Assembly (NCBI GenBank): GCA_030390025.1
Contig: CM059435.1
Coordinates: 85,560,001-85,624,000 of the forward strand
Origin: Squalus acanthias
Lineage: Eukaryota
Reading direction: 5' to 3'
DNA length: 64,000 nucleotides
Made by a program: the position numbers and the translations under genes. How positions within the stretch are numbered: position 1 is the stretch's first letter; each line of letters opens with the position of its first letter. Positions 26,376 to 38,622 of this stretch are shown in pieces. The notes beneath the pieces were generated by a model. That model was not told the DNA's origin. It ran no database searches and was given only the letters and a program-made list of their open reading frames with translations.

Positions 26376-26465
26376 TTTTCCCAGCTGATAAAGATCTCCC
26401 ACACCCTGGCTCCAGGAAAGTTCCCACTAATCGACCAGACATTCTTCCCCAACCACAGAGAGATG
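26376..26465 (+). CDS. SYN3: Synapsin (C domain) internal coding exon, 90 bp
   Basis: ttttttcttacag|TTT TCC CAG...GAG ATG|gtgagt. Translates FSQLIKISHTLAPGKFPLIDQTFFPNHREM. Phase 0 joins the previous exon in frame. The following intron hosts TIMP3. Confidence 0.93.
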
Positions 26466-27289
26466 GTGAGTATCACCCAAGCTGACTTTTAAATGCTGCT
26501 GTAGTTCTACTATGTTTGTGTTTTGTGAGTGGCGGAGAGAAGGAATGGGGGGAGCCATCTCTTTAATTTTCCTTCAGAATATTCTGAACAGGGAGTAATT
26601 TTCTACGAGGTTGTTCTCAAACCCACGTGCTTTCAGTTTAGTCCAAATCTAGGTTTTGCTCGGTCATTTTCAAGCCTACCCAAGGTCTTGTTTTGTTTAC
26701 TTCTGTATTTAATTATATTTAAAAGACAAATAAAATTTCACTTCTCTTTTGACAAGGCCTGGTTGCTATCTTCAGATGGGTTCAATACCTGAGTCAGTCC
26801 ATTCTGAAAATCTTGTTTCTGTTCCCATTTTATTGGTTGCCGGTAGAGTTCACACAGCAGCAGGTGTGATGTCGGCTGCAGTGCTAATTTCTGTATCCCG
26901 TTTTTTTGCCGAATTGTGTGAGAATTTTTAAACATCAGGCTCTATACTTTTGGAGATGCAACCCAGGAACTCCACCATCATGTAACTGATGCCGAGCTTT
27001 GTGTCTGATGGCTCTTTAAATGTTTGCTTTTTCAAAGATGTTGAGGATGAGCTGGCACTATTGAAGGCAGCATAAATTCAAAAGTAAGTTGGAGATCATT
27101 GGAATAAACTAAATGATGTGGCTCAGTGCATTGCAATTCTTTCCCCATTTTTTTCTTCTCTCCTACATGCATTGAATCATACATTTCCACAAATATTGGC
27201 AGATCCACAGGGGCCATCACAGCCTGATCCCTTCCTGGTCTCATGCACTTTTTAGTAATGCTCACTGAAAAGTGATCAGAAGCTGATCT

Positions 27290-27415
27290 TTCCATTCCCT
27301 AATCTGAGTGTTGAGACCAATTGTAGCACCACAACTGCTGCCCTGGCTGAGTTCAGATAACTCACACAGACCAGGGATTGAACCTGCAACTTTCCTGGTC
27401 TGTATTACTGAGTTC
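27290..27415 (-). mobile_element. Second SINE family, 5' fragment
   Basis: ccaattgtagcacc...ccctggctgagttcagataactcacacagaccagggattgaacc. Confidence 0.55.
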
Positions 27416-28295
27416 CCCACAAACATTTGCCATTGAGAATGACACCTCACATTTCACCTGTCATTTGGTTCAGCTCGGTGCATGGGCTGAATGCAGACCA
27501 TTTGCCATTCCAAGCTATAGTTTGTTTCTTATAGAAACAATTCCTTTAGTTAGCCCATTGCATAGCAGAGTTTACAGGATTGGATAGTGGAATGCATCTC
27601 CCTATCCTCTTTACTGATAGGGAAGCATCCACTTAGAAAGCCAGAGCTCATTCTACCTATGCTGGCTATATACCATCTACATATGCTGTGAGACTTTCAT
27701 AAGCCAGGATGTGAGGGTTTGCTTAAACACTATCTGAAAGACCTGGAGTAACTTCCGTGCTCTTGGTAAACATTCTTGTCTTGGTCTGACAGCTCATACG
27801 CACATCTGTGCTGAAGTGTTTCATGCTGGGCCTGAACTTACAGTTCTTCAGGAACCTCATTCCTAGTTTCTGCACTACTTTGGTCTAATCCAATTTTTTC
27901 TGTGCAGGTTGAATGAATGAGCAAGAATATTAGGTTAACTACTGCAGGTATAGTGCTCTCAGCTCTCGATTCTGATTCTCCACATTCGCTCTCTGAGCCA
28001 GTACTGTTTGGATCTGTTTAGTTTTGGTGTATGTGTGTGTTACATTGCTCGTGCTGTTACTCTAGTACTCTACTGCCTCCCAGTCAGAGAACAAAATATG
28101 GAGCTCAGAATGATGCCTTCCAGATCAGTGTTGGGTGTGGCATCAGTGGTCATTTTTACAGGGACAAGGCCCACAGATGATTTCTGCCCCTACCTCCATA
28201 GAATGATAGCAATTCAAATTTGGATGTGAAGGATGAACTTTTTCAAACAATGAGGAAGACCATCTTAGGGTAAGTAAACTAATATTATACACAAT

Positions 28296-29033
28296 GGGGT
28301 AAAAATTGAGTCGCGCCCCATTTGGGGCGCTAACCTCGCCGGGGCGCGACTTTTAGCGCCCCGAAAAAATTAGCGGCCCCGCGCCGGAACTTCAGTGGTT
28401 GCGCCCCAAGAGGGAAGCGGGGCGCAACTGGAAGCAGCCCGCATCCCTCTTGGGGCGCTGCGAGTGAATATCCTGGCGTGCGGCACGTCGCGCCGCGGTA
28501 TTGCAGGCCTTCCTCCCCTTCTTAAAGGGGAGGGACCCTGCGCAGCGCGAACCGGGGCCCAGCTGGGCCCCCAGGGATCGGGAGTGCCGGCAAAAGAGCC
28601 CGGCACTCAAGAGAAGTGCCGGGCTCTTGGAGCGCAGCCGGCACTTCACGGTGGGGGGGCTTCACGGGGGCCGGGGGCAGGTGCTGGCAGGCGGCCAGCA
28701 ACAAAAATGGCCGCCTGCCACCTCCGCTTTAAATATCGCCGCCCCGGCCGCACGTACGCCTCCCTGAACCCGTCGGACATAGCGTCTGGCGGTAAATCAG
28801 GGGGCGCGACTGAAGATCACGGCCGGGGCGCGAGCGGGGTGCTGCGCACGGCGATGACGTCATCGCCGGCGGCGCAGCGCCACAGGGCGCTACCGGCTGC
28901 CGCCGCCGCTAACCTCCCACTAAATTTTTCGGGAGGCGTGGGCGGCGCTGCGCCCGGGCGTTAGCTGCTTTACGCCCCATTAGCGCCCTCTTAAGGCGCT
29001 AACGGGAGGCGCAAGCAGCTGAATTTTTCCCCC
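28296..29033. mobile_element. CpG-rich MITE, 738 bp
   Basis: TIRs GGGGTAAAAATT / AATTTTTCCCCC, with AAT on both flanks (28293-28295, 29034-29036). Same family as 47127-47825, opposite orientation. Confidence 0.85.
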
Positions 29034-29374
29034 AATAACTTTCAGCTGCCAGTGATTCTGACCTAAATCAATATTGGAGAAGAGGGAAAAGTCGGTATGG
29101 CTGAAGTATATCGGAAACCAACACCAATCCCCCACATTTGGTTGGCCTTCTTCCCTCATCAACAACAGTCCCTGAAGTCAAGACTGAACATTTTATAGAG
29201 GGAATACGGTTATTTTCTCACTTTCCCAGATGAATCCACATCATGGTCTTTGGCCAGTTTCACCTGGTGACCTGCTCACAGGATTCCATTGTCGTTGGTT
29301 CCCCAACACCACATCTGCAACTGGTGTTGGCCCCTTTTGGGGAGAGGAGGGAAAATCCACTGCAATTATCCAGT

Positions 29375-31922
29375 TTTAATGAGTCTCTTGGGACCCTTTT
29401 TAATGGTTAATACACAGAACGAACAAATTGTCAACAAACGAGAGGGAGAAAGAAAGAGACGGAGACCGAGTTACTGTGATAGAAATAAAAGCACTTTTAC
29501 TGTTTAGAGTAGAGTAGAGGACACTGTAAAAGTGACATATGAAAAGTTAATTTCTGAAAAGACAATTTACATTCATGGAATATAAAATTCATAAATAATG
29601 CAGAGGAATCTGCAAACAATGCTGTAAATTTAGCGACAAGTACATTCCTTCAAGAAAGCTTTATTTCACCTTATCCTTTTTTCGCTCTTCCTAAAACCCT
29701 ACTCTGCCTCCCCCACCAAACCCACGCCCTTATCGGACAGATAAACACACACATGCACGCAAACACACACAAACACACACACACAAACAACCCTCTCCTG
29801 GTCTCTGTGCTTACTGTAGGTAGACACATTGCAAGCATATTTATATAAACCACCAACCAGGCAAACTGTAAGAAAAAAAACTGATTTTACAAAGATAAAT
29901 CAAGATGAAATAATTTTTTAAAAAGAGCTTTTAATTCTTTTATTCCCCACCAATATTCTGTCTGTTACTTATCCAGCTTTGAAGAGCTCATAATCTAGAC
30001 AGGACACAGAATATTTTTCAAGCAATAATGTGCGCAATCCACTCATACAGAACTGTACTGAGTAAAATATAGCTTATGTCACTAGTCGATAAATTTTTTT
30101 TAAAAAAAATTATATATAGGTAGGTGTTTTGTTCTTGCCACAAATGTTTTAGGTGATTTTTTTCCAGAACATCTATTGATCAGTGTTGTCACCACGTCTG
30201 TTTGAAAATATGGGGAGCAATTTGGAATTTTATAATCTCTGGTAAAGTGAGGGAGGTCTGCAAAGTCAGGGGAGAGTTATTTTTAATTGTATGACACAAA
30301 ACAGGTATTTGACATCCTAGTTAGCTCACATCAGATGGTGCTGCTCTGCTTTGTAAATGGTGGTACAAATAGTTCATTACAGATGTTCTGCAGATGTGTG
30401 AATGATGCTCCTTATTGTCTCAGGCACAGAACATTCTTTGTGAGCATTGGTGCTCTGTAATCATGTAACAGCTCCAGTAAGTTTAAAAGGTGCAATTTTA
30501 CACGTTAAAACTCTCATGGCCCTTTTTTTGTTTGCTTATGCCTCTGTGAAGTGCCTTGGGACCTTTTTGTACATTAAAGGTACTGCATAACTGCAAGTTG
30601 TTGTTGGAAGCATGCATTTTGTGTAGAACCGCCCTTGCCCTCTATTTGGGTATTTACCGCAACCTTCCACATGACGGCCCTGGGAAGTGGTGGGCAGTGC
30701 GGTGGAGAGCTGGTAAATCCTTTGGGATCCCAGACCCCTGTTTCCATTTACATGCAGCAGTTGGGGAAAGAGTGGGCAGTGGTGGTCCTGGTGAGGGGGG
30801 TGTGGGGGTGGGAAATCCCCCGGTTGGGTTGAGAAGCAGTGGTGGGCTTTTGGGCATTCTCTACCACAATCCCATCCAATCTCGAGTGGGATCACGGAGG
30901 GGAATTCCCCCCATTAAGTCAAATTCCATTTTTATTACATGGGATTCTGAGATGTTTATCAGCGTTTTGGGAACCACAATTCTGCAATTACATCCATTTT
31001 TTTCATGAAAGCTGAAAACCAGTAGCTTTAATGATATGGCAGTTCAGCTTTTACCTCCCTCTAAAAGTGCTTTGACACTATATGAGCACAGCCACTGGTG
31101 GGAGACCAGGTCTCCCTCTATTGGCTGCATGCCATAGTGTAGACAAGCCAATGGCAATGTCGATGTTCCCTTATCCCGAGGGCAGTGCAGAACCATGAAA
31201 TTGTGGGGCTGGGATTCTGTTGTCAGGATAAAGGAGCTGGTTTCAGCTATATAAATGCAGCAAGCACGTGGTTACTGTCCATGAGGCTCTGTGACGCTGA
31301 GACTGGCTCTCCACTCCAAATGTAAAGGCAGGAGAGCAGCACATTTATGCAAATTTTCCAAACGTGGAATCAGTTCAAGCATGAAGATAAAAATGCCTTT
31401 AAGACACCCACCAAACAGTTTACAGGGTTGTGTTGCACAGCACTGCAGAATAAATTTTGTTATGTATTTTTTAAACGAATTCTGATGCCAAATAAGCAAT
31501 ATCTTTTACAACAGACATATGAATGTAAGGAATTTGAACATCTTTTCTTTTTAAATATTAATAAAAATTACCAAAATATCTTTGTCTGAAACCTTTTGGG
31601 GTAAGGCACCCACCAGTGTGCCACATTTATAAAGGGCAGTAGCAGTTACATATGGCACAAGACACTGCATTATTAATATATATATAAAGCTCAGAAATAT
31701 ATCTGTTACTGCAAGGAGCAAGTCTGAAGCAACATTGATTGGCATGGAGTCAAATGGCCCAAGCACTGGGCAATTTAAGGATAATTCTGAGAAAAAAAGA
31801 AAATGGCCTAGAAGTCTGTGTTTGATGTGCTAATGCTGGGAACAGACAGGCACTAAGTCATGGCTGTGTCACACAAAATGGCTGCCCTTGCTGGCCAACA
31901 TTTTTACAGAGGAATGTCCCTT
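29375..31922 (-). other. Probable long TIMP3 3'UTR (about 2.5 kb)
   Basis: AT-rich stretch after the stop codon. Minus-strand ATTAAA at 29399-29404 and 29375-29380; alternative AATAAA near 29660, 29940 and 30930. The 3' end is inferred. Confidence 0.5.
29743..29790 (+). repeat. Imperfect (CA)n microsatellite
   Basis: aaacacacacatgcacgcaaacacacacaaacacacacacacaaacaa. Confidence 0.75.
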
Positions 31923-32120
31923 TCAGGGGTCTGTGGCATTGATCCTGGTTTTGTCTGGGGGCGCTGCTCCTCTGTACCAACTGCAGTAACCTTCCTTCTG
32001 CCGGATGCAGACATAGTGCTTAGCTTGGTGCCCCATGTATCCCTGGTCAGACAACATATCGGTCCACAGGCACTCGTTCTTTGCTGTCACAAAACATGGC
32101 AGGTAATAACAGGGTTTGAT
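31923..32120 (-). CDS. TIMP3: TIMP3 coding exon 5 to stop, 198 bp
   Basis: ccacag|ATC AAA CCC... [69 protein letters not shown]3-type C-terminus with NAT glycosylation sequon. The five exons sum to 645 nt = 214 aa + stop. Confidence 0.98.
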   Translation of the reverse strand: MKPCYYLPCFVTAKNECLWTDMLSDQGYMGHQAKHYVCIRQKEGYCSWYRGAAPPDKTRINATDP

Positions 32121-32537
32121 CTGTGGAGATATGAATGACAGATGGAGAAATGTTAAATAAATTCTACTCGGAGAGAACACGTTGCCTACAGGACCCTTTA
32201 TTTAAAAATCTTAAATTTAACATTCATGTGTGGAATAGATCGGAAGCATTGCTTAACCTAATAGTGTGTGGACACTGGATTAACATCAGAAAAGATACAG
32301 CCAGTAACACAGAGTGCTGCCTGGTGATTATACCTCAATATTCTCCACTGATCATAAACCAGCTCCCTTGTATTCATTAATTCCTCCCAAACATCACCCT
32401 ATATGAGTGACTGTATCTTTACTGTTACTCCATTTTCTCACACTAAAGGTAGAGGTACAGTCAGAAATACACTGTACTGGATGGGAGTAGCTAAAGAGCC
32501 CAAAGTGTGAGTCCTGTGTTCATAAAGATGTGTATAC

Positions 32538-32659
32538 CTTGCAATTGCAGCCGAACTGGTAGCGATGATTAAGACCTTTGCGTTGTGACAGGGTCAATCT
32601 CTCCCATGGTACAATGAAGTTACACACTCCTGTGTAGACTTTCCCATCATAAACTCTAC
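32538..32659 (-). CDS. TIMP3: TIMP3 coding exon 4, 122 bp
   Basis: gtgcag|GT AGA GTT...TGC AAG|gtatac. (G)[40 protein letters not shown]. Confidence 0.97.
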
Positions 32660-33858
32660 CTGCACATGGACAAAAAAACAGTCATTTCCCAGCATTTGCT
32701 CCTAGTATAGAGCACAGTGTTTCCACGCTACACTTACCAAAGGGAATACAGTAGAATATACATTACCTCTGCAAATGGTGGATGTATGTCTAAGTCTGTA
32801 ACTGGCTGAGGTGGGTGGGAGAAGGTAGAGGGGAGGTGGAGATAGTTTTAGATTTTGCTTTTTGGTAGCTATGTCAATGTAGGTGTGGAAGGGTGGGATT
32901 CCCACCTGCTTGACATGCACTGCTGATCCCAGAGAATATCCCAGGGTCAACCTAATTGATACATTTTTTGGCTCTTTCCTCCTGCTATGGTTGGACGGGG
33001 GGTGGGGGTGGGGGCGGAATTTCTGGCTGCTGCAGGATTTTGGTGACTGCAGTAACTTCAAATGGAATTAACAAACTTAAGCAACATCCTTTGAGAAGGG
33101 CCAGTACATGACCGCAAATCGATCGCCTCATAATCAATTGCACTGTCTGGGGTGGACTTTTTCATTTCCAAAATTCCTCTGCCAGTCCTGGCAATGCTTG
33201 CGGCCTGTTGTATACAGGTGTTTCTGACATCCAACATTGCTGTGACAATGATGATGGAAAATATGATGCATGACACCAGAAGATCGTTACAGAGGCAGAC
33301 CTGCAGGACAGATTCCCACCCAATTTTCAGTCCTTGCCCGCCAGTGCAACTTGAGAAGCAAATCCTCCACAAGAACAAAACAGAAAGGAAAAAAGCCAGT
33401 AAGACCAACAAATCCAGTCCTTATTGATCAGTTACTCTTGCCTACTGCCCTTCTCACCTTATCCCCAATCCCTTCTCTCCCCAGAAACACACTTAATTGT
33501 CTCGTGAACCCAGTCATATACTGTCTGCTTTAGTGGCATTCCCTGGTAACTTGTTCACAGCTCTATTAGCCTTTGAATGAAAACATTCTGCTTGATTTCC
33601 CTTCTTACTCAACTCTCTAATGTTTAACTTGTGTTGCATGACATTTGAACTCTGTAGTGAATAATTTACCTGGATCAATTTTGTTAATTCCCTTCAGAAT
33701 CTTCTAAACTTTAATTATGTCACCTCAAAGGCTAACTTTCACAACCTTTCCTCATAACTTAAATTCCTAATACTTGAAATCATCTTTATTGATCACCTCT
33801 GTATTTTTTCAAGGGCAAAGGATGTAGTGGAGCCACACTCCTCACCCCAATTGCTGTT

Positions 33859-33950
33859 CATAGAATCATACAGCACAGAAGGCGGCCAATCGGTCCATTG
33901 TGCCTGCTCTTTGAAAGAGCTATCCAATTAGTTCCACTCCCCTGTTCTTG
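33859..33950 (-). mobile_element. CR1 3'-tail fragment
   Basis: catagaatcatacagcacagaaggcggccaatcggtcc is the reverse complement of the CR1 3'UTR/tail type at 18230-18277. Confidence 0.7.
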
Positions 33951-34705
33951 GGCCAGTTGACAGTGAGGTCCAGTGCCTTGTTGTGGGATTTCAGTGGTCT
34001 TGCTACTTTGCTTATTCCAGGGGGACTGTCTTCTGTCATGTAACAGGACACAGGTTGGATGCCGGGTTCATGATGGTTCAAATGTGAACCTTCAGGCCTA
34101 CAGCGCCATCGATTGGTGCAAGTATTTTTGATGGGTTGAAGTCATACATCCCATTTATTTGTACATTCTGGCTTATCCCATCTCAAGAACTTTGAAACCT
34201 GAAAATGATCTTGCATTAGACTGAGCATTATACTACGCACAAAGGTACAAGTGTTTCCAGACATACAATGGATAGCAGCATTCTAACTAGATATTAAAAG
34301 GCTGGAAGTTGACCTAACTGGACAGTCAACATAATAAGAATGAAGTTTGCTGCAGTGGAGCCCTTGTCATTGGTGTACTTAGTAAACATATATAAAAAGC
34401 TTGGTAAAATCTTCCCTGCTTTGAATCCTTGAATACAATATTAGGCTCCAGAAAACCAGACTAAACTCTAACTGGACTCCCAGTAAAGGAACTCTCAGGT
34501 AGATCCCACCCCACCCCCACACCCTGTTTACTTTCTGATACAAGCTGCTGCATCCTCAGATACACAGCCTCACAGATGATGGTTAAACCTAAAACAACAT
34601 TGTTCTAATTTATGAGAAGTTATATTTCAAGCATTGCTCTGCAAATCAAAATATACTCTGTGCTGCATGGTTACTGTGCGAATTTTGCCAACCATAGCCT
34701 CTCAC

Positions 34706-34817
34706 CTGTGATCAGGTATTGGAATTTGTTCACCTGCAGACGGATACCACACAGACTCTCAGCAGCTTCCGTATAGATGTACTGAACCTGTTGCATTTTG
34801 CTGAAGCCACGATACAT
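34706..34817 (-). CDS. TIMP3: TIMP3 coding exon 3, 112 bp
   Basis: ctgtag|ATG TAT CGT...ATC ACA G|gtgag. [37 protein letters not shown](G). Confidence 0.97.
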
Positions 34818-36584
34818 CTACAGAAGAGAGAAATCATTGTAAACAGTGACGCAGACAGTCACTTACCTTCAAGGAAAGAACACAGATACAGCAGTAACAC
34901 ACATGGAGAGGCAGGGCTTGGGTTTGTATCAATGATTACATCCACACACTGAGTTACAGTCTCAGCAGTGACACCAAACAGAGGCTAACTGCCTACTCAC
35001 AGAGAAGGAGGGTGATTTAGTTCAGCTGCTGATTTGCTGTATGGAGAGTTATAGAGGAAGCACGGTCAGAAGCCTGAAAACAGGTAATTCCTTGCCAGGG
35101 GATTAATTTCCTGTGAAGAACTCTAAAATTTAAGAAAGCAGCTGTAAGATATGTGATGAGATGGCACTGTGCCTGGAGTGGGAGAGCACAGGTTCAGGTC
35201 TAATTCTGCACAGCGGGTTCCCATTATTGGTGGTGCCAGGAGAATGGTTGGTTCAACAAAGTAAAGGTATTTTCCTATGTGCAGTGGCACTTTTGTCGCA
35301 GTTAGTTGGTGCCAATGGGCCACCTAATGGCTACAACATAACAGATTGGGAACTTTATTACCCATTTTTTAAATTAGACAGTTGGGCCAGAATCCAGGAA
35401 GCTAAAATTGTTTTGTACTTTGCTTTTAATTCACAAGGTTATGAGTTCAAATCCCAGAGCTGCCAGCGAGTTGAATTTAATAACAAAAGACCATCTAAAT
35501 TAGTTAAAGAAAAATATATTACATTGAAATTAAAAGTTCCATTTATTTAAAAGGGCTATATTAAAACTTTAATTGGAGGGAAAGAATAAGCCTGGAGGGC
35601 ACAAAACTACAACAAGAAGCAGTTTGTTTTCAACAGCTCTTTAATGTCTTCATTGCCTCGGCAATAAGCCATTTTATCAGGGTTTTAAAATGGAAAAATG
35701 CTCTATGATATGGTGAGGCCTGTTGCTAAAAATGTACTGCTATATTTAAAACTTGCTACTTTATTTAAAAGAAATTAAAATATCATATACATGCCACTGG
35801 TTTATGATGTGGCGGATATCATAACTGATGCAGCACAAACTTAGTGAGCAGTCAGCACAGGCATCCTTTAAACTGAGTAAGTTGTTAAGCGCAGTTTGTT
35901 GGAGGAACTAAACCTGGGTCAAACATACCAATACCTTAGTGATGCTTTTTAAAATGCATCTTGTTTCAACATTAAAAGGCCTGGTTTCAGAGCCTGATGT
36001 TACTAAATCCTATGAGAATACCTGCTCAGAAATGGTGTCAGGTTCTGTCAGGCAAATTGACAATCTTTTGGGACTTTTACGTTTTCTAAAGGGATCAAAT
36101 TCAACCCTTTAAGTTAAGTGTAATTTCTTTTACTTGAAGTTTTTTCTAAATCTATTTTGTATGAAAGAATAATCCCTGGAGCAATTTCATTCCTACCCTT
36201 GAGCACACGGTGAAGTTGAGTGTCCACCTGTCCTCAGAAACTGTTATCAACAGATGGGAGGGGAGCAGGATAGGCCATCCATTTATTCTTGCCACAATGT
36301 TGCTGTCAGTCTGTCTGTCCCCATGTGTATCTCCCATCTGTCAAGGGATGGGGTCTTTCAAACAGATGCTCTTGATCTATTTCTAAGGGTCTATCTGTCA
36401 CCTCCTGTACTGTACAGAACACTCTGGCTAAAAGGGAACAATTCATTGCCCTTTGGTATGCTGCAGCTGTTGCAATGTAAGCTCTTATACATGTACAGTA
36501 CGTACCAAGTACAAAGGAATGATTCACTCCCATCTGGTACTGTACAGCCGATGCTTCTTGGTGTCCATCTTATTTAGATTCCAC

Positions 36585-36830
36585 TTCTACCTGACAATGT
36601 GGAAGATTGCCCATTTATGTCCTATCCGCAAAACACAGGATCAACCTAACCTGGCCAATGACTGCCCTATCAGCCACCTCCTGATCATCAGTAAAATGAT
36701 GAAAGGAGTTATTAATAGTGCCATCCAGCGACACCAACTCACCAATAACTTGTTAAGTGGCACTCAGTTTGGGCTTCACCAGAACTACTAGGCTTCAGAC
36801 CTGATCACAACATTATTTCAGACATGGACG
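36585..36830 (+). mobile_element. LINE RT-region fragment (CR1/L2 group)
   Basis: MWKIAHLCPIRKTQDQPNLANDCPISHLLIISKMMKGVIN...LLSGTQFG is a degenerate WK.A.V.P..K...NYRPISLL...QFGF block. Confidence 0.8.
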
Positions 36831-37582
36831 CAAAAGAGATCGTAATCTTATTATCTTAAATAGCCAAAAAGAAATTCACTTGAGCATTAGGAGATGGACA
36901 GAGTGACACCATGGTATCAATCTGTGACACCACAGGGTGCCAGGACTCTGCTCTATGCCTATGATTCCATTCAGGGTATGTTCCCAATTTTGGCTTCAGC
37001 ATTACTTGATGCAGCAAATAGATGTAGGCACAGGGAGGGAAAGAAAGTCAATGTTCCATCACTCAGCTTCTGGGGGTTGGTTATAGAGTGGCATTGGCTG
37101 TGCCACTAGCCCTGCAATCTATTGTTTCTCTTGATAAGCATGATGCCGTCTCATAGGTTGTGTATAGTACATGGTTGTTCTAGTTTGCTCCGCTCTCCAC
37201 AGCAACAGCTTCTCATTTCCACCCCCCCCCCCCCCCCACCCCATCTAAGCTCATGGTTATTCAGTTAGACTGTGGCACAGATCATTAGTGCACTGCACGC
37301 CCTGCCATATAAGTTGCAGGCTATCTTCTTCTCTCTTATTCCCCACATGTTCAATGTGTAACATTAGCTGAGGCCAGCTGACTATTAGAGAGGTTTTCCC
37401 TCACAATGGAAGGAGGGGAAATATCAAATGATGAACTGACTTGTGTTACTATGGCAGGGACAATGAAAATCAGCATTGCCACTCTTTCAAAAAACTATTT
37501 AACAGAAAAATTATCCTGTTCTCTTCAAGGAAATATGCATATTTGTGGTAGGAATGGAACATTTTCTAGTCTTTATACCCAA

Positions 37583-37943
37583 TATCAACATCCAGCACTC
37601 TCAGGTCAGGTATAGTACAGGTTAGATGCAGAGTGAATATACCTCTACTCTGCCCCAATAACGTGGCTTAACCCCAGCGCAGATAGTATCTCCAAGTGTG
37701 ACATTTCTGTTTTCTATACCAGCTATCTTTGTGAACTGTTTGAGTCAGATGGCCAATTAGTGCTGAACTTCAGATTGTCTTATGCTGTGGATTTTCACTC
37801 TAAGAACTGAATTAAGAGTTCCCCAGTCTTGGGTCTCTTACAGCCAACAGAAAGAGGAAATTTTTATCCCATCACTAAACCAGATTCAAATTCAGTTCCC
37901 AGAGGTAAGAAAACATTGTATCACTGAGTTGCTACACTCAGAT
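37583..37943 (-). mobile_element. LF-SINE-like decayed SINE
   Basis: Minus strand carries cttacctctgggaactgaatttgaatc, ttcagttct, gcactaattggc, ggggttaagccacgttattggggcagagt and ctgtactatacctg in the order I recall for the LF-SINE consensus; recognised from memory only. Confidence 0.5.
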
Positions 37944-37984
37944 TCTTTATGATGCTTAAACAGACTAGGCCTGGTTTGACTCAC

Positions 37985-38067
37985 CTTCATCTGTTTGATC
38001 GTGTAGCGCATTGTACCAAAAGGTCCATCCTTTAGCAGCTTCTTCCCAACCACTTTTGCCCGGATAA
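37985..38067 (-). CDS. TIMP3: TIMP3 coding exon 2, 83 bp
   Basis: ttccag|TT ATC CGG GCA AAA...ATG AAG|gtgagt. (V)[27 protein letters not shown], contains the VIRAK TIMP signature. Confidence 0.97.
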
Positions 38068-38232
38068 CTGGAAGATAAAGAATGAGTACATGGTCATTCA
38101 GTTTTAAAGTACAAGTTTAGAAATTAACAGGAATGTTGACAAAGTCTAGCTGCTTTAGACTGCTTATAAGTGGGAAACATATATACTGTACATACAAGAT
38201 ATCTTCAAGATTTTTCATTAAAACTGCAGTCA

Positions 38233-38622
38233 TAGCTCCCTGATGGTTCATTTGGTAAACTCAGTGTGGAGCTAACTGGGAAGGTCCCAAGTTTGATCCT
38301 CATTTTATGCTGAGTTAATTGATCTCAGCCAGGGTGGTAACATGGGCACTACAATAGGCCACAGCACCCATGGTCTAAGGCAGGGGAAATCAAATAGGGT
38401 TTCCACTCCTAATCATTTTTTGATGTGTGGACATTAGGTGAGGACAGGACCAGGGCCAGCTGTGATGCCCCCAGTGGTCGAATAGAAGGCACACACTGAC
38501 TATAGGCTCACACGTGAAGAATAGCCACTTGGCTGAGGTACTGCAGGATGGCCTGCACCTGTAGAAATAAACCCCAACAAAAGTTAATGCTTTCAGGAGA
38601 GGAGGAGAGAAAATTGGGGGAG
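38233..38622 (+). mobile_element. Second SINE family (tRNA-like head)
   Basis: Recurs in the window: gctgagttaattgatctcagccaggg...gtgaggacagg...gctgtgatgcccc is shared, inverted, with 45640-46000 and 27290-27415. Confidence 0.65.

Noticed and set aside
25958-26476. 172-aa minus-strand ORF
   Set aside because: Partly the antisense shadow of the SYN3 exon; no recognisable protein features.
28395-28964. 189-aa GC-rich ORF (also the 192-aa ORF at 47212-47790 and the 133-aa ORF at 12863-13264)
   Set aside because: They lie in or run into CpG-rich MITEs. The open frames reflect stop-codon scarcity, have no recognisable domain, and are not kept between copies.
28296-29033. Possible CpG-island promoter of an unannotated gene
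   Set aside because: Bounded by TIRs and a TSD and repeated at 47127, so it is a transposon.
33058-33427. Overlapping 117-aa and 91-aa ORFs in TIMP3 intron 3
   Set aside because: No recognisable domain or splice context; probably decayed repeat sequence.
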